The position numbers and the translations under genes are program-made. From Callorhinchus milii (lineage: Eukaryota), in NCBI RefSeq assembly GCF_018977255.1, contig NW_024704751.1, positions 7,378,001-7,442,000 of the forward strand: 64,000 nt of DNA. Direction: 5' to 3'. A model generated the notes under the pieces. That model did not search any database, was not told the DNA's origin, and worked only from the letters and a program-made list of their open reading frames with translations. Below, in pieces: positions 12,617 to 24,549 of the stretch; position 1 is the stretch's first letter, and each line of letters starts with the position of its first letter.

Positions 12617-13070
12617 ATAATAAAATAACAATAATCCTTGCATTTGATATAGTGCCTTATCATGTTCTGGGAGCGTCTCAAAGTGCTTTGCAACATTTTG
12701 CTGTAAAGACTGTCTATTTGGTCGGCGAATGCAATGGCCAATTTGAGCACAAACATCTCAAAAGCAGCCGTGATTAACCAAACTTATGTGGGGGATTGTT
12801 GGCCAGGACATCGGGAGAGAGAAACTCCCTCTCCTTTCAAATAGTGTCTCGGGATCTTTAACATCCACCTGAACAGGCAGACAGGACCTCAGTTTAATGC
12901 CTGATGCAAAGCATGGCACTTCCAACAATGCAGACCCCCCCCCCCGCCCCAGAACTGGCACTGGGAGCATCAGCCTAGACTGTGAGATCAAAGCCTGCGA
13001 AGTAGAGCTTTGAATCTACAACCTTCTGAGTCAGAGAAGAGAATTCAAACCAACCAACCGAGCCACGCTG
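12617..13070 (-). mobile_element. Deu-domain-type SINE, near full length
   Basis: Antisense tRNA-like head, Deu-like core and the common L2-like tail ending in (TAT)n. Confidence 0.65.
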
Positions 13071-16000
13071 CCCCCGTGCCTAGTTGTAACACGATATCAT
13101 GTTAAGGATCCCAATGTACTGTACTGAATTGTCAGCTTTGCTCAGTTGATAGAACACTTGACCCAGTCACTATACTCTACAACAATTACCTGTGAAGAGC
13201 CTTGAGATGTTTCAAGGCTTTATAAGGGTGGTTATGATTTAAATGCTTGTGGGACCCTCGAAAGATGAAAGCAAGGACGCCACTGAGACATGTGGTTTCC
13301 TGGTGCTTTAGAACAGGTCATGTCCGAGATCAGATTTCCTATTGTCAATTCACTTGAACCATTCGACTTGCCTGTTTTCCTTCCTTCCAGTTTGTTTTAT
13401 GAACCCAGTTTTGTAGATTAAATTATTTGTGTGTAATTTCACCTCTTCTTCACGTCGGCTTCATGTTTCGAGGGGAGCATTGTGTTGCGAAATCCTGTTT
13501 GGACAATGGTACTTCCCACTGCATAGTGCAGACCTAAGGGACGCAGTGTTTATGTAGAAGACTAAAAATGGTATTGACGATATGCTTTTATTGGGGACAG
13601 ATGAAGCAATCAGTTTGGCAACTAAGCCAGGGGACTGAATGTCGAGGTTGTTCTGAATTGCATCAAGAGCCTCAGGTGAGGATATTATATTTTGGGGGGA
13701 TAAATATCAAATGACACTTCCGCTCCCCCAAATGGTAGAAGTTGCAAATCTGAAGTGAGGTGGGGAGGGTGTTGGGAGGTGTGATCTCAACCTCTGACGT
13801 TTCAAGAAAACCTGTTTATTTATTGAAGAAATCATTCCCTCTCCACACGTTGTGATGTGAGAGATTCCCTGTTAGACTCCAATGTTGTTGTCCTGTTAGC
13901 CATTGAAGACCTTCACTCACAGGAAGCACTTTTTTGCACAAAATGATTGATGATTGAACGCAAACTATCTGCTCACTTGCTAAGGTTTGCTTAACACAGC
14001 TTTGAAGACAAAGCTGTTACAGAAGCTGTTTTCGCATGCTTGATTCATGATGGAAAGTTGTTCTGCCTTCAAATAGGACGTGGGTGCAAGTAGGACGAAA
14101 TGGGACATGCGAAAAATTGACTGTTGCATTTGGCCACAAAAATTCACAGTCACTACACTTTAGAGTAAAATCCTGTGAAGAGCTTTGGGACATCCTCCTG
14201 ATGTAAAAGGCATTGTATGAGATGTAAGGGTTGTTATTATTTGGGCATTCCCGGGCAATTCTCTTCGGCTATGCTTTCGGTCACCTTTTCGGTCACCTTT
14301 TCCCTACCCCACCCCCATTTTTTTTGTGTGGGGGGGGAGGAGAAATAGGAAGTCTTTCGCTGGGGATGTTAAGTGCTTCAAAGTTGTTTGTGTGTGTGTT
14401 TGTTGTGTGGTTGGTGTGTGTGTGCAGTTATATGGTTGACAGAAAAGCAGCTAAAATGGAATTATCTCTTTCGTCCCCCCCCCCCCCTCCCCAGTTAGAA
14501 GCAAATCACTCTGCTTCCTTGAGTCTTCTCTGCACCTGGTAGGATTAGCATTACTGAAAATAACAGCCACACCTTCAGGTCCTGAAATCCGAGACACTCA
14601 GTTAAAATAAAAAATATTCCATTGACTCACTTGTTTTCAGGTGCTATAGAATATACATTTGAGACCGTCACTTGGTATAACACATCAGGAAAACTTAAGT
14701 AACCAATTTTTTTTTGGTGTAATCATCTTAGTTTTTTTTTAACGACCAGACAGGTCGACCACAAGTGCAGGAGGTGACGGTGATGTCTGCTCTTGGCTCT
14801 TTAAGGTGCCGGATGTCTCTTGTTTTCGGAGTGCATTAAGTTACCCATCAGTGGTTCTGAGGAACTGGATGACTGAGCTGCCTTTTCTGACTAAAACCAG
14901 CAAATAGCTCTGGATAAATATACCAGAGGGGGAAAAAAAACACACAACTCTAAGCCAACAAGATCAAGTGGGCTCTATCTATCGACTGCTGTTGCCTTTT
15001 TTTTCCGTTATTAAGGGGCGAAAAATCAATTGATTTCCAGGTACGTGAGTCCTTAACAAAACTTTGTCCTGCGGCTGAGAGTACACTAAAGAATGGGCAT
15101 GTGTGTCAAACAGACTTGCTCCTGACGTTAGCAATTTATGAATGGACTGGGTGATGTTCTAAGGCTGCAATTTACAAATGTTCTGCTTTTTTTTTTCTCT
15201 CTCTCTCCCCCCTTTCCTCTCTCTCTCCTCACCAATATATCAGACCAGAAATTAGATTTGAATCGATATACCATGAATTGTCCCAAGGTTAACTAAAAAA
15301 CATTTTAAAATGATCGTTCACGGGGAGAGGGATTCACCCAGCGAATGGATTACAAAAGCATTTTCATCAAAGTGGATTATTGCCTTACAGACAGCTTAAT
15401 ATTGTCTTTTGTATTGGCGAGGGAGCCTTGAAGCAACTTTATGATTTATACTGTGGTGTCGTTGTACATCTGAGAGCTGTACGCTTTCGAATGAGGTAAG
15501 ATCACACATAAAGTTGTGCTCCCGACATGAAAGTTGCTGAATAAATGTAAATTTTATTGTATTGAAGTTATTTTGCAAAGATTCCCGCACTTTGCGACTG
15601 AGAAACCAACTGTTAAAGATAGTTAACTCAACCCATTCTTTCAACATTCTGCGCCTTAATCAACAATAACAGCAACTTGCATTTATATAGCGCCCCTCAC
15701 CGAGGGTAGCGTCCCAGAGCTCTCAAAATGCTTACCAGGGTTGACTGGGGACTGTAATGACCGTGTTTTGTAGGCAAAGGGAGGTGTATCAAAAGAAAAG
15801 AAAAATGAGAACATGAGGCCATGACATTAGCAATTGTCGGTCTATTCTTTTTACCCTGTGGGAATGTGGGGCAGGAGGAAAACTCAGCTTTTGATTTGGG
15901 ACAGGCCTCACCCATTTGTGGGCTCATGAGATGAGTGGATAAGTGCAATACGTGCAAGCTTAAGTGCTTTGACATGTCTTCCCGACATGAAAGACGTTGT

Positions 16001-18287
16001 CTAAATGTATATTGTATTGTAATTGCTATTATAAGAACAGAAGAACACAAGAAATGCTAGATGAAAAAAGACCAAAGTCCACCTAATTCACCTTCCACCT
16101 TCCTGGCGGTCGCATGCACATATGTCCCGAACTACCTATGTACTATATCCCATAATGTTATTTCCTAAAATAATACTATAAAAGCTATTGTTTAAATAGT
16201 TAAAATCAACAACATACAACGTTTTCAAACGCAGAGATACAAAAGTCATTGCTTCAAATGATCAGCCAGGCCTGAGAACCGAACAACTTATAAAACATTG
16301 GAATCTCCAGCAGAAAGTGCAGAGAAAGAAAACATTTGGAAATGATTTCTTTCTCATTGAAGATGAGTTTCCCCCCCTCTCTCTCTCTCTCTCTCTTGCT
16401 CTTGGTGTGCTATTTTCCTGCCTGAGACGCTATCTTCAGTGCCTTTCAGACATTCTTGGTTAAAGACTTTGGTTGAGGGAGAAAGACAAGGGTGGGGAAG
16501 CCACGAAAACACAAAAGAGAACATTATTCCCCTTGGAGTCCACTATACGCAGGATGAATAGAGTATTGAAAAGCTCATCATTTGAGGCTAGATTATTTTT
16601 CATCCTTCATAACTAAACCATTTGTCCGTAAGGAAACAAGTGGTTTGTAAGTATAATTTGCAAATATGAGAGTTTTTCAAAGCTTCGAGTCGCAAAATAC
16701 AGGAACCATCAGCCAGCTCTCCTTTGTAATATTTGCATCCAATTTGTACAGTAATTAGCTTTGATGTGTTAATGGTTTGTTAATCTGTGTCTTTAATCAA
16801 TGGAATGGTTTTTGTGGCACTTTTTTTCAGTGACATAGACTTACGGATAAGCAGCGGGATCCAGGTGAGGTGCAATTACACTTACAACACAACACAAGTT
16901 TACATTAAACAGCGCCTTTCACGTCGGGAGAACATCAAAGGCACTTAAGAGTCCTGACTTGGCATCTGAGTTGGGGTTGGGAGCCGGGGTGGGTGTGTGG
17001 GATGGGGAGGGGAGAGATGACCGAAGGTGCAGTCAGTGAGGTAGGCCTTGAAACAGGCTCTGAAAGAGGTGAGGGAGGGAGGGAGCAAGTCGGAGGAACT
17101 CCGGGATGTAGTCCCAGAGAGTGGGGGCAGATAGGCTGAAAGCCCAAATGCCCATGGGTTAAGGCAGGGAAGGAAAGGAACATGAAGCAGGCCGGTTCCC
17201 GCTGAGCGAAGGGTTCCTCAGCACCACTGTGGGTGTAGATTTACGAGACAGGAGACACATGAAGTCGATGCATCTTGTGGCAAGTGGTGGAACACTGTGG
17301 GATTTCACAATAAGGTATAGGACCAGGCGAGTCCACAGTGAAGCCAATACAGTGTTGGCGGTCAACCTTGCCTGTCTGGCTGATCAATGAGGCTTGAAAG
17401 TATGAAGGTGTATCCACAACCCTGTGAGCCAAAGCCATAACAAGTAGGGAGGGTGGTGTGATGTGATTTGTAGAAGCAGTCTTCTCTGGCACCACAAAGT
17501 ACCATGTTCCTATCAGCACCAGATCCTTCCTTCAGTGTTAAGTCTCTAAACTGTGAGAATATCACAGATATGATGATGTATCTTTGTCTCTCCTACAAAC
17601 ATCTTACTATTATCTTGTCAAGATCTTTTGTGGCCCGATCCAAAAGTCAGCAATCTAAGCCAATTCAGAAGTCACTGTCTGACTGGCCAAGTGTGACGGG
17701 CACTGAGATTGTGAGCTCATTTTCTAGAGTGGAGCTGAACAGGTTTCACAAATGAAGAGGATTTGACAATGACGGGAGGCACTTCAGTTATGTGGATGCT
17801 TTTATGTGTGGGGGGGGTGGGGGGGGGATCGGCTTTCCAGGAGTTGGGTGGGTGCCAGGGCTGGTGGAAGAGAGACCGGTAGTGCAGTAAACGGCCACAA
17901 AGTACGCAGTCACTCCACTTTACAGTATATTCTGTGAAGCGCTTTGAGACGTATCGAACCTTGCTTTTAATGAACCAGGAACCTTGCTTCTAATGTCACA
18001 TCAGAATAATGGAATTCCCAATATTGTAGCTTACAGTACAATGCTGGAAAGCCAACCTGGACTGTGAGCTCAAGTCCCAATGTTGGGGCTTAAACCCACA
18101 ACCTTGTACGAGCAAGGAACAATGACTTGAGCTGATTGAAGTTATGCCGCCGCAGCTCTAGGTCTGGCCTGGAGATTTTTAATACAATACAAATTTACAT
18201 TTAAACAGCGACTTTCCTATGACTCAGGAGGACATCCCAAAGCGGTTCCTGGCAACAGAAGGACGATTTCCAAAGCCTCGAAAAGAA

Positions 18288-18402
18288 ATGGCTCCAAACA
18301 GCTATCGGCTGATTCAGCTCCGAAGATGCGCGACTGGGATATGTCTGCTCATCGCACTGTTAACCTCGCTCACACTTCTACTAGGTTACCTCGAGAGGCC
18401 GG
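18288..18402 (+). CDS. SSC4D: SSC4D-like protein, first coding exon (signal peptide or anchor)
   Basis: aagaaATGG; MAPNSYRLIQLRRCATGICLLIALLTSLTLLLGYLERP; strong donor G|gtgagt, phase 1 like all downstream exons. Confidence 0.72.
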
Positions 18403-19207
18403 GTGAGTGTGGCTGCTTTCCTTCACCATCGAGTTCCGTGCTCGTCTGCATCGGAGAGGTTCTTATTTTGCACGTGCACATCAGAGGTCTGTGGCTTTCA
18501 CTATCCTCAAAAGATAAAAGTCCCTGTAAGAACTTTCATTTTATTATTATAATAATAATAACAATCCTTGCATTTGATGCAAGTAAACTCCTGATAAATA
18601 ATAATAGTCCTTGCATTTGATATAGCGCTTTATCATGTCTTCGAGACGTCTCAAAGCGCTTTGCAGGATTTTAACCACGAAGATCAGAAAACTTGCTTTT
18701 AATGTCACATCAGAATGATGGAATTTCCAACAATGTACAGTCCTGCAATGTCAACCTGGACTGTGAGCTCAAATCGTTGCATTTGATGCAAGTAAACTCC
18801 TGTTAAATGGCGTTAAAGCCGGAAAGAGCCCATCAGCAGCAATATATGTTGCAAAACCCATTTAACTGTGAAGAGTTATCGAGGGTGTGCTGTGTGCAAA
18901 CCGGTTGCCGAATTCAGCTGCAAAGTTTTACAGTAAATCTGTGACAGGCCTTGAGCTGTTCTGGATGTTGTGGGTGCTGTATTAAATGTAAGGATTATTC
19001 TTACGCTCTCGGTGATCAGATTGCTGCTTTTGTGGCTCTGTCAGGAGCGCGGCTGCTCTCGGGTCTCCCGGCGAGATCAATGCTCGTGAACCCTCACTGC
19101 CACTGATGAGCTGAGCGCTTTGAGGCATCTCGAAGACGTGATCTGGTGCTATAGCAAATGCAAGGATTATGTATTATTATTACTGATGCATTTTCCTTCA
19201 TTTGCAG

Positions 19208-19240
19208 AAAGTAAACCCGTTTCAAAGCGCGACGTCACAA
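19208..19240 (+). CDS. SSC4D: SSC4D-like 33-nt exon
   Basis: ttttccttcatttgcag|...|gtaagt; phase 1-1; (E)SKPVSKRDVT. Confidence 0.65.
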
Positions 19241-19492
19241 GTAAGTGGATCTCTCGTCCCTTTGCACTCGCCGGACCCACATTTACATGCGTCATCCATG
19301 TACACACTTGTGCACAGAAATACACACGTAAAGCCATCGTTTTTTTTCCTCTCTCCACTACACACCTACCATCCTCTCCTCCTTCCCGCTTCCCCCACTT
19401 CCCTCATCCCCTTCCCCCCCCCCAACCCTTTCAATCTCTGCGGTACCTTGCACAGTAACAGTTATTCCTTTCCTCTCTCACTCTCACTTTAG

Positions 19493-19522
19493 ATATCACA
19501 TCATCAGTTCAGTCCTCCGAAG
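19493..19522 (+). CDS. SSC4D: SSC4D-like 30-nt exon
   Basis: ctctcactttag|...AG|gtaagg; phase 1-1; (N)ITSSVQSSE. Confidence 0.7.
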
Positions 19523-20054
19523 GTAAGGCCACTGTGCTAGTCAAGCTTTGAACCATTGAATCATCGCATAGATTCACAGCAATTTTCTCGGGAGTGAATC
19601 TATTTATTAAGCATAGAATTTTCATGTCACTTTGCTTATTGCGTTGGCATTCTGCGAAACATTTCATCCCCAGCACATTACCATGTGCAAATTGGCTGCC
19701 CTCAACACACACAGTCACTACACTTTACGGTATAACCCTGTAAAAAGCTAAAAGGCTTTGAAGATGTCCTCCTGATGTGGAAGGTGCTTAATCAGATTGC
19801 AATAATTATGGTTGTTATGATTGTTATTGTTGTCTTCTTCCAGCCAACCTTCCTCCCAGATGAAATGGTCGCTCACTTTGTTGGACCTTGATGTGTGCAA
19901 AATAATTGCCATGTTTGGCTGCAAAAACAAGTCACCTGATAGCAATTGTTGGGAAACACTTCAGTGTTATTAAAAATATAAGACCTTCTCTCTCTTTCTT
20001 TCTCTCGCTCTTTCTTTCTGTCTTTCTCTCTCTTTTTCTGCTGTTGTCCCACAG

Positions 20055-20357
20055 CACGGCTAGTGAACGGGAGGAGCGGGTGTGAGGGGAGGCTGGAGAT
20101 CATGTACAACGGGACCTGGGGCACGGTGTGCGACGATGACTGGGACATAGTCGACGCCAACGTGGTCTGCCGGCACCTGGGGTGCGGGCGAGCTCGCTCG
20201 GTCTCTACCAACCTGGCCTTCGGCAAGGGCTCGGGCCCCATCCTGCTGGACAATGTGGATTGCAAAGGGACAGAGCGTTCACTGAGCCAGTGTGGCAGCC
20301 TGGGCTGGGGCATCCACAACTGCTACCACTATGAGGACGTCTCCATCATTTGCAATG
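20055..20357 (+). CDS. SSC4D: SSC4D-like SRCR domain 1
   Basis: [15 protein letters not shown]...WGTVCDDDW...CRHLGCG...ILLDNVDC...[13 protein letters not shown]; 8-Cys group B SRCR in a single exon. Confidence 0.95.
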
Positions 20358-20704
20358 GTAAAAGGTTTGGCTTTTTTTGCATCCTCAAACAGTCACCAGC
20401 TTCAGAACTCCACCACGCCGGGAAATTCACCGGCAAAGTGTGCGCTTCAGCAAACATTCCTGTAGAATTGTTTGGGTTACAGCACAGACGGTGGTCACTG
20501 GAGCTCTGTACTCTAATCCCATTCCCCTGCACTCTCCCCCAACGTGTTTGTGCTGGTACTGTTTATCCTCCCAAAGCCTCTAACATGCTGAACTCCCCAT
20601 GTACTGCACGTACCCAGGAGACATCCGTGTGAAGACTTCAGCGTGTTTAGGACAATAGATTACCAAAGAGCTTTGTCGTTCATTTTTACGTTCTGCCTCT
20701 TCAG

Positions 20705-20770
20705 ATTTCAGTTCCCCATCGCTCAGCCCAGTGAGTAAGAACGTGGCTTCGGCAGAGAAGAGCGTGGAAG
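20705..20770 (+). CDS. SSC4D: SSC4D-like Ser/Pro linker exon
   Basis: ctcttcag|...GAAG|gtaaga; 66 nt, phase 1-1; (D)FSSPSLSPVSKNVASAEKSVE. Confidence 0.72.
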
Positions 20771-21152
20771 GTAAGACACAAAAACATCCACACGACCTAA
20801 GTCAGATTTGGTTCCTCGCTTTGGGGGAGGGCGGGGTGGGGAGGATGTAAGGAGGGAGAGCAGGACAACAACATTGTTAGACCGAGTCCTTGGAAGGAAC
20901 ACACCCACGTTAGTTGAATGCCTTACCCAGCACTATATATGTCACACTTTTCTCGTATTTTATTTAATTTTCGCCTTGCCGCCTCTCTCCCCACCTTTGC
21001 CTTCCACCGTACCTACGGTCACCTTCTCCCTCACCACCACCCCCCTCCCCCGGCTCAGCATCGGGCTCCACCACTGTTAAGAGCTCCGAGACGCCATCCG
21101 GGGTGAAGGGCCCTAGATACATGCAAGTTGTGGGTGTTGTTGTCTCTTCCAG

Positions 21153-21464
21153 AGGGCAGCATCCGCCTGGTGAATGGACAGAACCCTTGCCAGGGCCGAG
21201 TGGAGATCAAGCATAGAGGGCAGTGGGGCACGGTGTGCGATGACGACTGGGGCCTCAGTGACGCCAGCGTGGTGTGCCAGCAGATTGGCTGTGGCAAGGC
21301 CGTCTCGCACACCACCAATGCCTACTTTGGCTACGGCACAGGCCGCATCCTCCTGGACAACGTGAACTGCGATGGTGCGGAGACCTCGCTGGCGAGCTGC
21401 TACAGCCTGGGCTGGGGGGTGCACAACTGCGGGCACCACGAGGATGCTGGCGTCATCTGCTCAG
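21153..21464 (+). CDS. SSC4D: SSC4D-like SRCR domain 2
   Basis: [18 protein letters not shown]...WGTVCDDDW...[14 protein letters not shown]; ttccag| and G|gtacca. Confidence 0.95.
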
Positions 21465-21640
21465 GTACCATTGGAGTCCTGTAGCTTAGTGGTTAGAGGA
21501 CCCGGGTTCGATTCCCCGGCCATGCAAACCCTTAAGCAAGTTACCTTACTCCACTGTTTACTCAGCTGTAAGTAGCCCTGTGAAACATTTTGTGAGAGGG
21601 TGCTGTAAAAACTTTCTTTTACCCCCCTCCCCACCACCAG

Positions 21641-21733
21641 AATCTTGGACATCCACAGCAGCCCCTGATGTCCTCTCCACCTTCCTTGTCCCCAAGCAAT
21701 ATGATGCAGAATCCACCTCGGATACCAACCTGG
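21641..21733 (+). CDS. SSC4D: SSC4D-like Ser/Thr linker exon
   Basis: caccag|...G|gtaaga; 93 nt, phase 1-1; (E)SWTSTAAPDVLSTFLVPKQYDAESTSDTNL. Confidence 0.7.
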
Positions 21734-21947
21734 GTAAGAAATTCTGCCACCGTATATAAATGTTCATCTCAGGCTAAGAGAATGGAACTTATGTGGAATT
21801 TACATTGTTTGTTCCTTCTTTTCACTCTTTCTCCCCCTCTCTTCCTCTCCCTTTCCTTCTCTTTCTCTTTCTGCCCTTCTCTTTGGCGATGGGCATGATA
21901 TGAAATCAAGTGGTTGTTGTTGTTGAATTGTTTCCGTTCAAATTTAG

Positions 21948-22013
21948 TCACAGATGCTACGGAGCAAGTTTCAGAAGACATTAAGATAACAAAAGTATCG
22001 ACTTCCCAAGCTG
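21948..22013 (+). CDS. SSC4D: SSC4D-like linker exon (alternative in-frame acceptor at 21954)
   Basis: tttag|tcacag|...G|gtaaga; (V)TDATEQVSEDIKITKVSTSQA. Confidence 0.68.
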
Positions 22014-22728
22014 GTAAGATCATTGTGGGGGGAAGAGTGGGGTAATCAGATGACTATATTTGCCAACAAACCAAAGTGCCAGGAAAGGGTGGTTGAAGCC
22101 AGGACACTGGGTCTCATTTAAAAAGCAGCTCGATGCTGTGATGGGGAGGAATGGTAGGGTGGGTGTTCTGGAGGGATGAGATCGGATGGGCCGAAGGGCC
22201 TTCTTCATCCAGACCGATCTTATGACCTTTCGGTTATCGCGCTCGCCTCGCAAGCGAGAGGACCCGGGTTCGATTCCTGGGTGGGTCGAAACCTTAAGCA
22301 AGTTTCCTTACTCCACACTCCTCTGTTTAACTAGCAGTGAGTAGGAACCCGGTTGTTAGTCGATGGGCAGATGGGGGTAATAATCCCTCCGCCCAAAATA
22401 ATAAATAAATATATTAACTTGGTCACTCAATCCACGTCAGTTTGTGTGGCACTGCTGCGCGCAATTGGCTGCCACGTTTCGCCCACAAAACACACCGTCA
22501 CTACCCTTTTCAGTAAATTCTCTGAAGCGCTTTAATAATTATAACAATCCTTGCATTTGATACTGCGCCTTATCGCTCCTCCGAGTCGTCTCAAAGCGCT
22601 TCACGTGATATATACTGTAAAGTGAGTTGTGTATTTTGTGGGGTTTGAGACGTCTCAACGACGCGACAAGGCGCTATATCAAATGCGATTATTATTATTA
22701 ATATTATTATTATTATTTTATTTTCCAG

Positions 22729-23040
22729 TCAAATCCATCCGGCTGGTGAATGGTAACAACAGCTGCCAGGGGCGGGTGGAAGTCTTTCACAACAATAACT
22801 GGGGCACTGTGTGCGACGACGACTGGAACATCAGGAATGCCGAGGTGGTTTGCCGGCAGATGGGCTGTGGCAGGGCAGTGTCCGCCACTCAGCTGGGCTC
22901 CTTTGGTTACGGCAACGACCCCATCCTGCTGGACAACGTCAACTGCCAAGGCACCGAGACTGCCCTCATCGACTGCTTCAACCTGGGCTGGGGGCAGCAC
23001 AACTGCGGGCACCATGAGGACGCCGGGGCCGTCTGTAAAG
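22729..23040 (+). CDS. SSC4D: SSC4D-like SRCR domain 3
   Basis: [18 protein letters not shown]...WGTVCDDDW...[14 protein letters not shown]; ttccag| and G|gtaaac. Confidence 0.95.
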
Positions 23041-23272
23041 GTAAACGACAACAACACCTTGCATTTGTACAGGGGCCTTCATGCGGGGGGTGGCGGCCCG
23101 GAACGCTTGACACTATAATCTGCGAAGCGCTTTGAGACGTCTCAAAGATGTGATAAGGCGCTGTATCAAATGGAAGCATTATTATTATTGCTGTTTTTAT
23201 TGTTATTGTTGTTATTGTTGTCATTGTTATTGTTATTATTATTAATGTCATTATTATTATTATTATTATTAG

Positions 23273-23362
23273 AGCTCCACACTCCTGAGCTGGAAGACGT
23301 TGGTAGAGAGGCTCAGGCCACACTCAGCATGTCCGTGCCACCGTCCACAAGAGCGGCCGAAG
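23273..23362 (+). CDS. SSC4D: SSC4D-like linker exon
   Basis: (att)n-ag|...AG|gtcagt; 90 nt, phase 1-1; (E)LHTPELEDVGREAQATLSMSVPPSTRAAE. Confidence 0.62.
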
Positions 23363-23747
23363 GTCAGTGTAAAGTACAGCCAACGGGGAGAGTGTCAGCG
23401 CCCGACCGCACGTGTAATGCGATGGGTGTCTGCTTGGCTCGGTCGATAGCGCTCTCACCTCTGAGTCAGGCAGTTGTGGGATTTTCTCCCCCAATGTCCG
23501 TCCTGGCTGGCAACCCCCTCACCCACTCCCCACTCCCCCACTCTCCCCTCAGCTAAAATCGCTCATTCACTTTACGTCAGTTTACAGGGACGTCGCTGTG
23601 CGCCAATTGCTGCTACGATCGCCTACAAATTGCACAGTCACTGCACTTTACAGTGAATCCTGCAAAGTGCTTCGAGACCCCCCCACCCACGAAGTAAAAG
23701 ACACTGTATCAAATGTGAAGGATTATTATTATTATTTATTATCGTGA

Positions 23748-24070
23748 ATGTCGTCGGATGAGACTTTAAACCGAGGTCCCGTCTGCCTGTTCAGGCGGAC
23801 GTCAAAGATCTCGCACCGTTACTCGAAGAGAGAAGAGAAGGGAAGTTCCTCTCTCCTGCCCGGTGTCCTGGCCGACATTCTCCCAAGTAAAATCGGTCTC
23901 TCATTTCCATGGCTGTTGGCGGGAAAATGCTGTGTGCAATTCACTGCCCCGTTTTGACCACAAAACACACAGTCACTGCACTCTATAGTATAATCCCGTG
24001 AGGGTCTTTGAAACGTCTCGACGACGTGATAAGGTGATCTACCAAATTCAAGCATTTATTATTATTATTA
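23748..24070 (+). mobile_element. Deu-domain-type SINE (core plus tail)
   Basis: cggatgagactttaaaccgaggtcccgtctgcctgttcaggcggacg...gtgtcctggcc core followed by the shared tail. Confidence 0.7.
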
Positions 24071-24232
24071 TGGGTTTCCCCTCCTGTCTCCCCCATTGCC
24101 CCAGCAGTTCGGGACATCCTCCCAATGTGAAAGCACTACACTGTACAAATGCAATGTGTAGTCATTGTTATGTATTGTCTCTCCCCACCCCAACCCCCCA
24201 ACCACACACCACCCCACCCCACCCCACCCAAG

Positions 24233-24549
24233 GAGCACTGATCCGACTGGTTAACGGGAGACACCGATGTGAGGGTCGAGTGGAGATTTTCTTGCTGACC
24301 CAGTGGGGGACGGTGTGTGACGATGCCTGGGACCTGAAGGACGCCCGGGTGGTGTGCAGGCAGCTGGGCTGTGGGCAGGCGCTGGCCGCCCGCGACGAGG
24401 CCTTTTTCGGGCAGGGATGGGGCTTCATCCTCCTCGACAACCTAAAGTGCCGCGGCAATGAGACCTCCCTCCTCCTCTGCTCCCACATCGGTTGGGACGT
24501 GCACAACTGCGACCATGGGGAAGACGCGGGGGTGACGTGTGCGCTATGA
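24233..24549 (+). CDS. SSC4D: SSC4D-like SRCR domain 4, terminal exon; joined CDS about 578 aa, no C-terminal TM
   Basis: [18 protein letters not shown]...WGTVCDDAW...[15 protein letters not shown]; four group B SRCR domains next to YWHAG as for human SSC4D. Confidence 0.92.

Noticed and set aside
9879-13000. Possible C/D snoRNA downstream of PEX12 (human SNORD7 lies there)
   Set aside because: I could not find a U6-antisense element with C and D boxes by eye; a covariance-model search would be decisive
17241-17565. Minus-strand peptide ...CIGFTVDSPGPIPYCEIPQC resembling a kringle C-terminus
   Set aside because: Lacks the YRG and NYCRNPD motifs and exon boundaries; adjoins an L2 fragment; probably chance or a decayed repeat
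18566-18802. 26-bp direct repeat ttgcatttgatgcaagtaaactcctg flanking about 185 bp
   Set aside because: Local duplication of SINE tail pieces; no sign of a separate element
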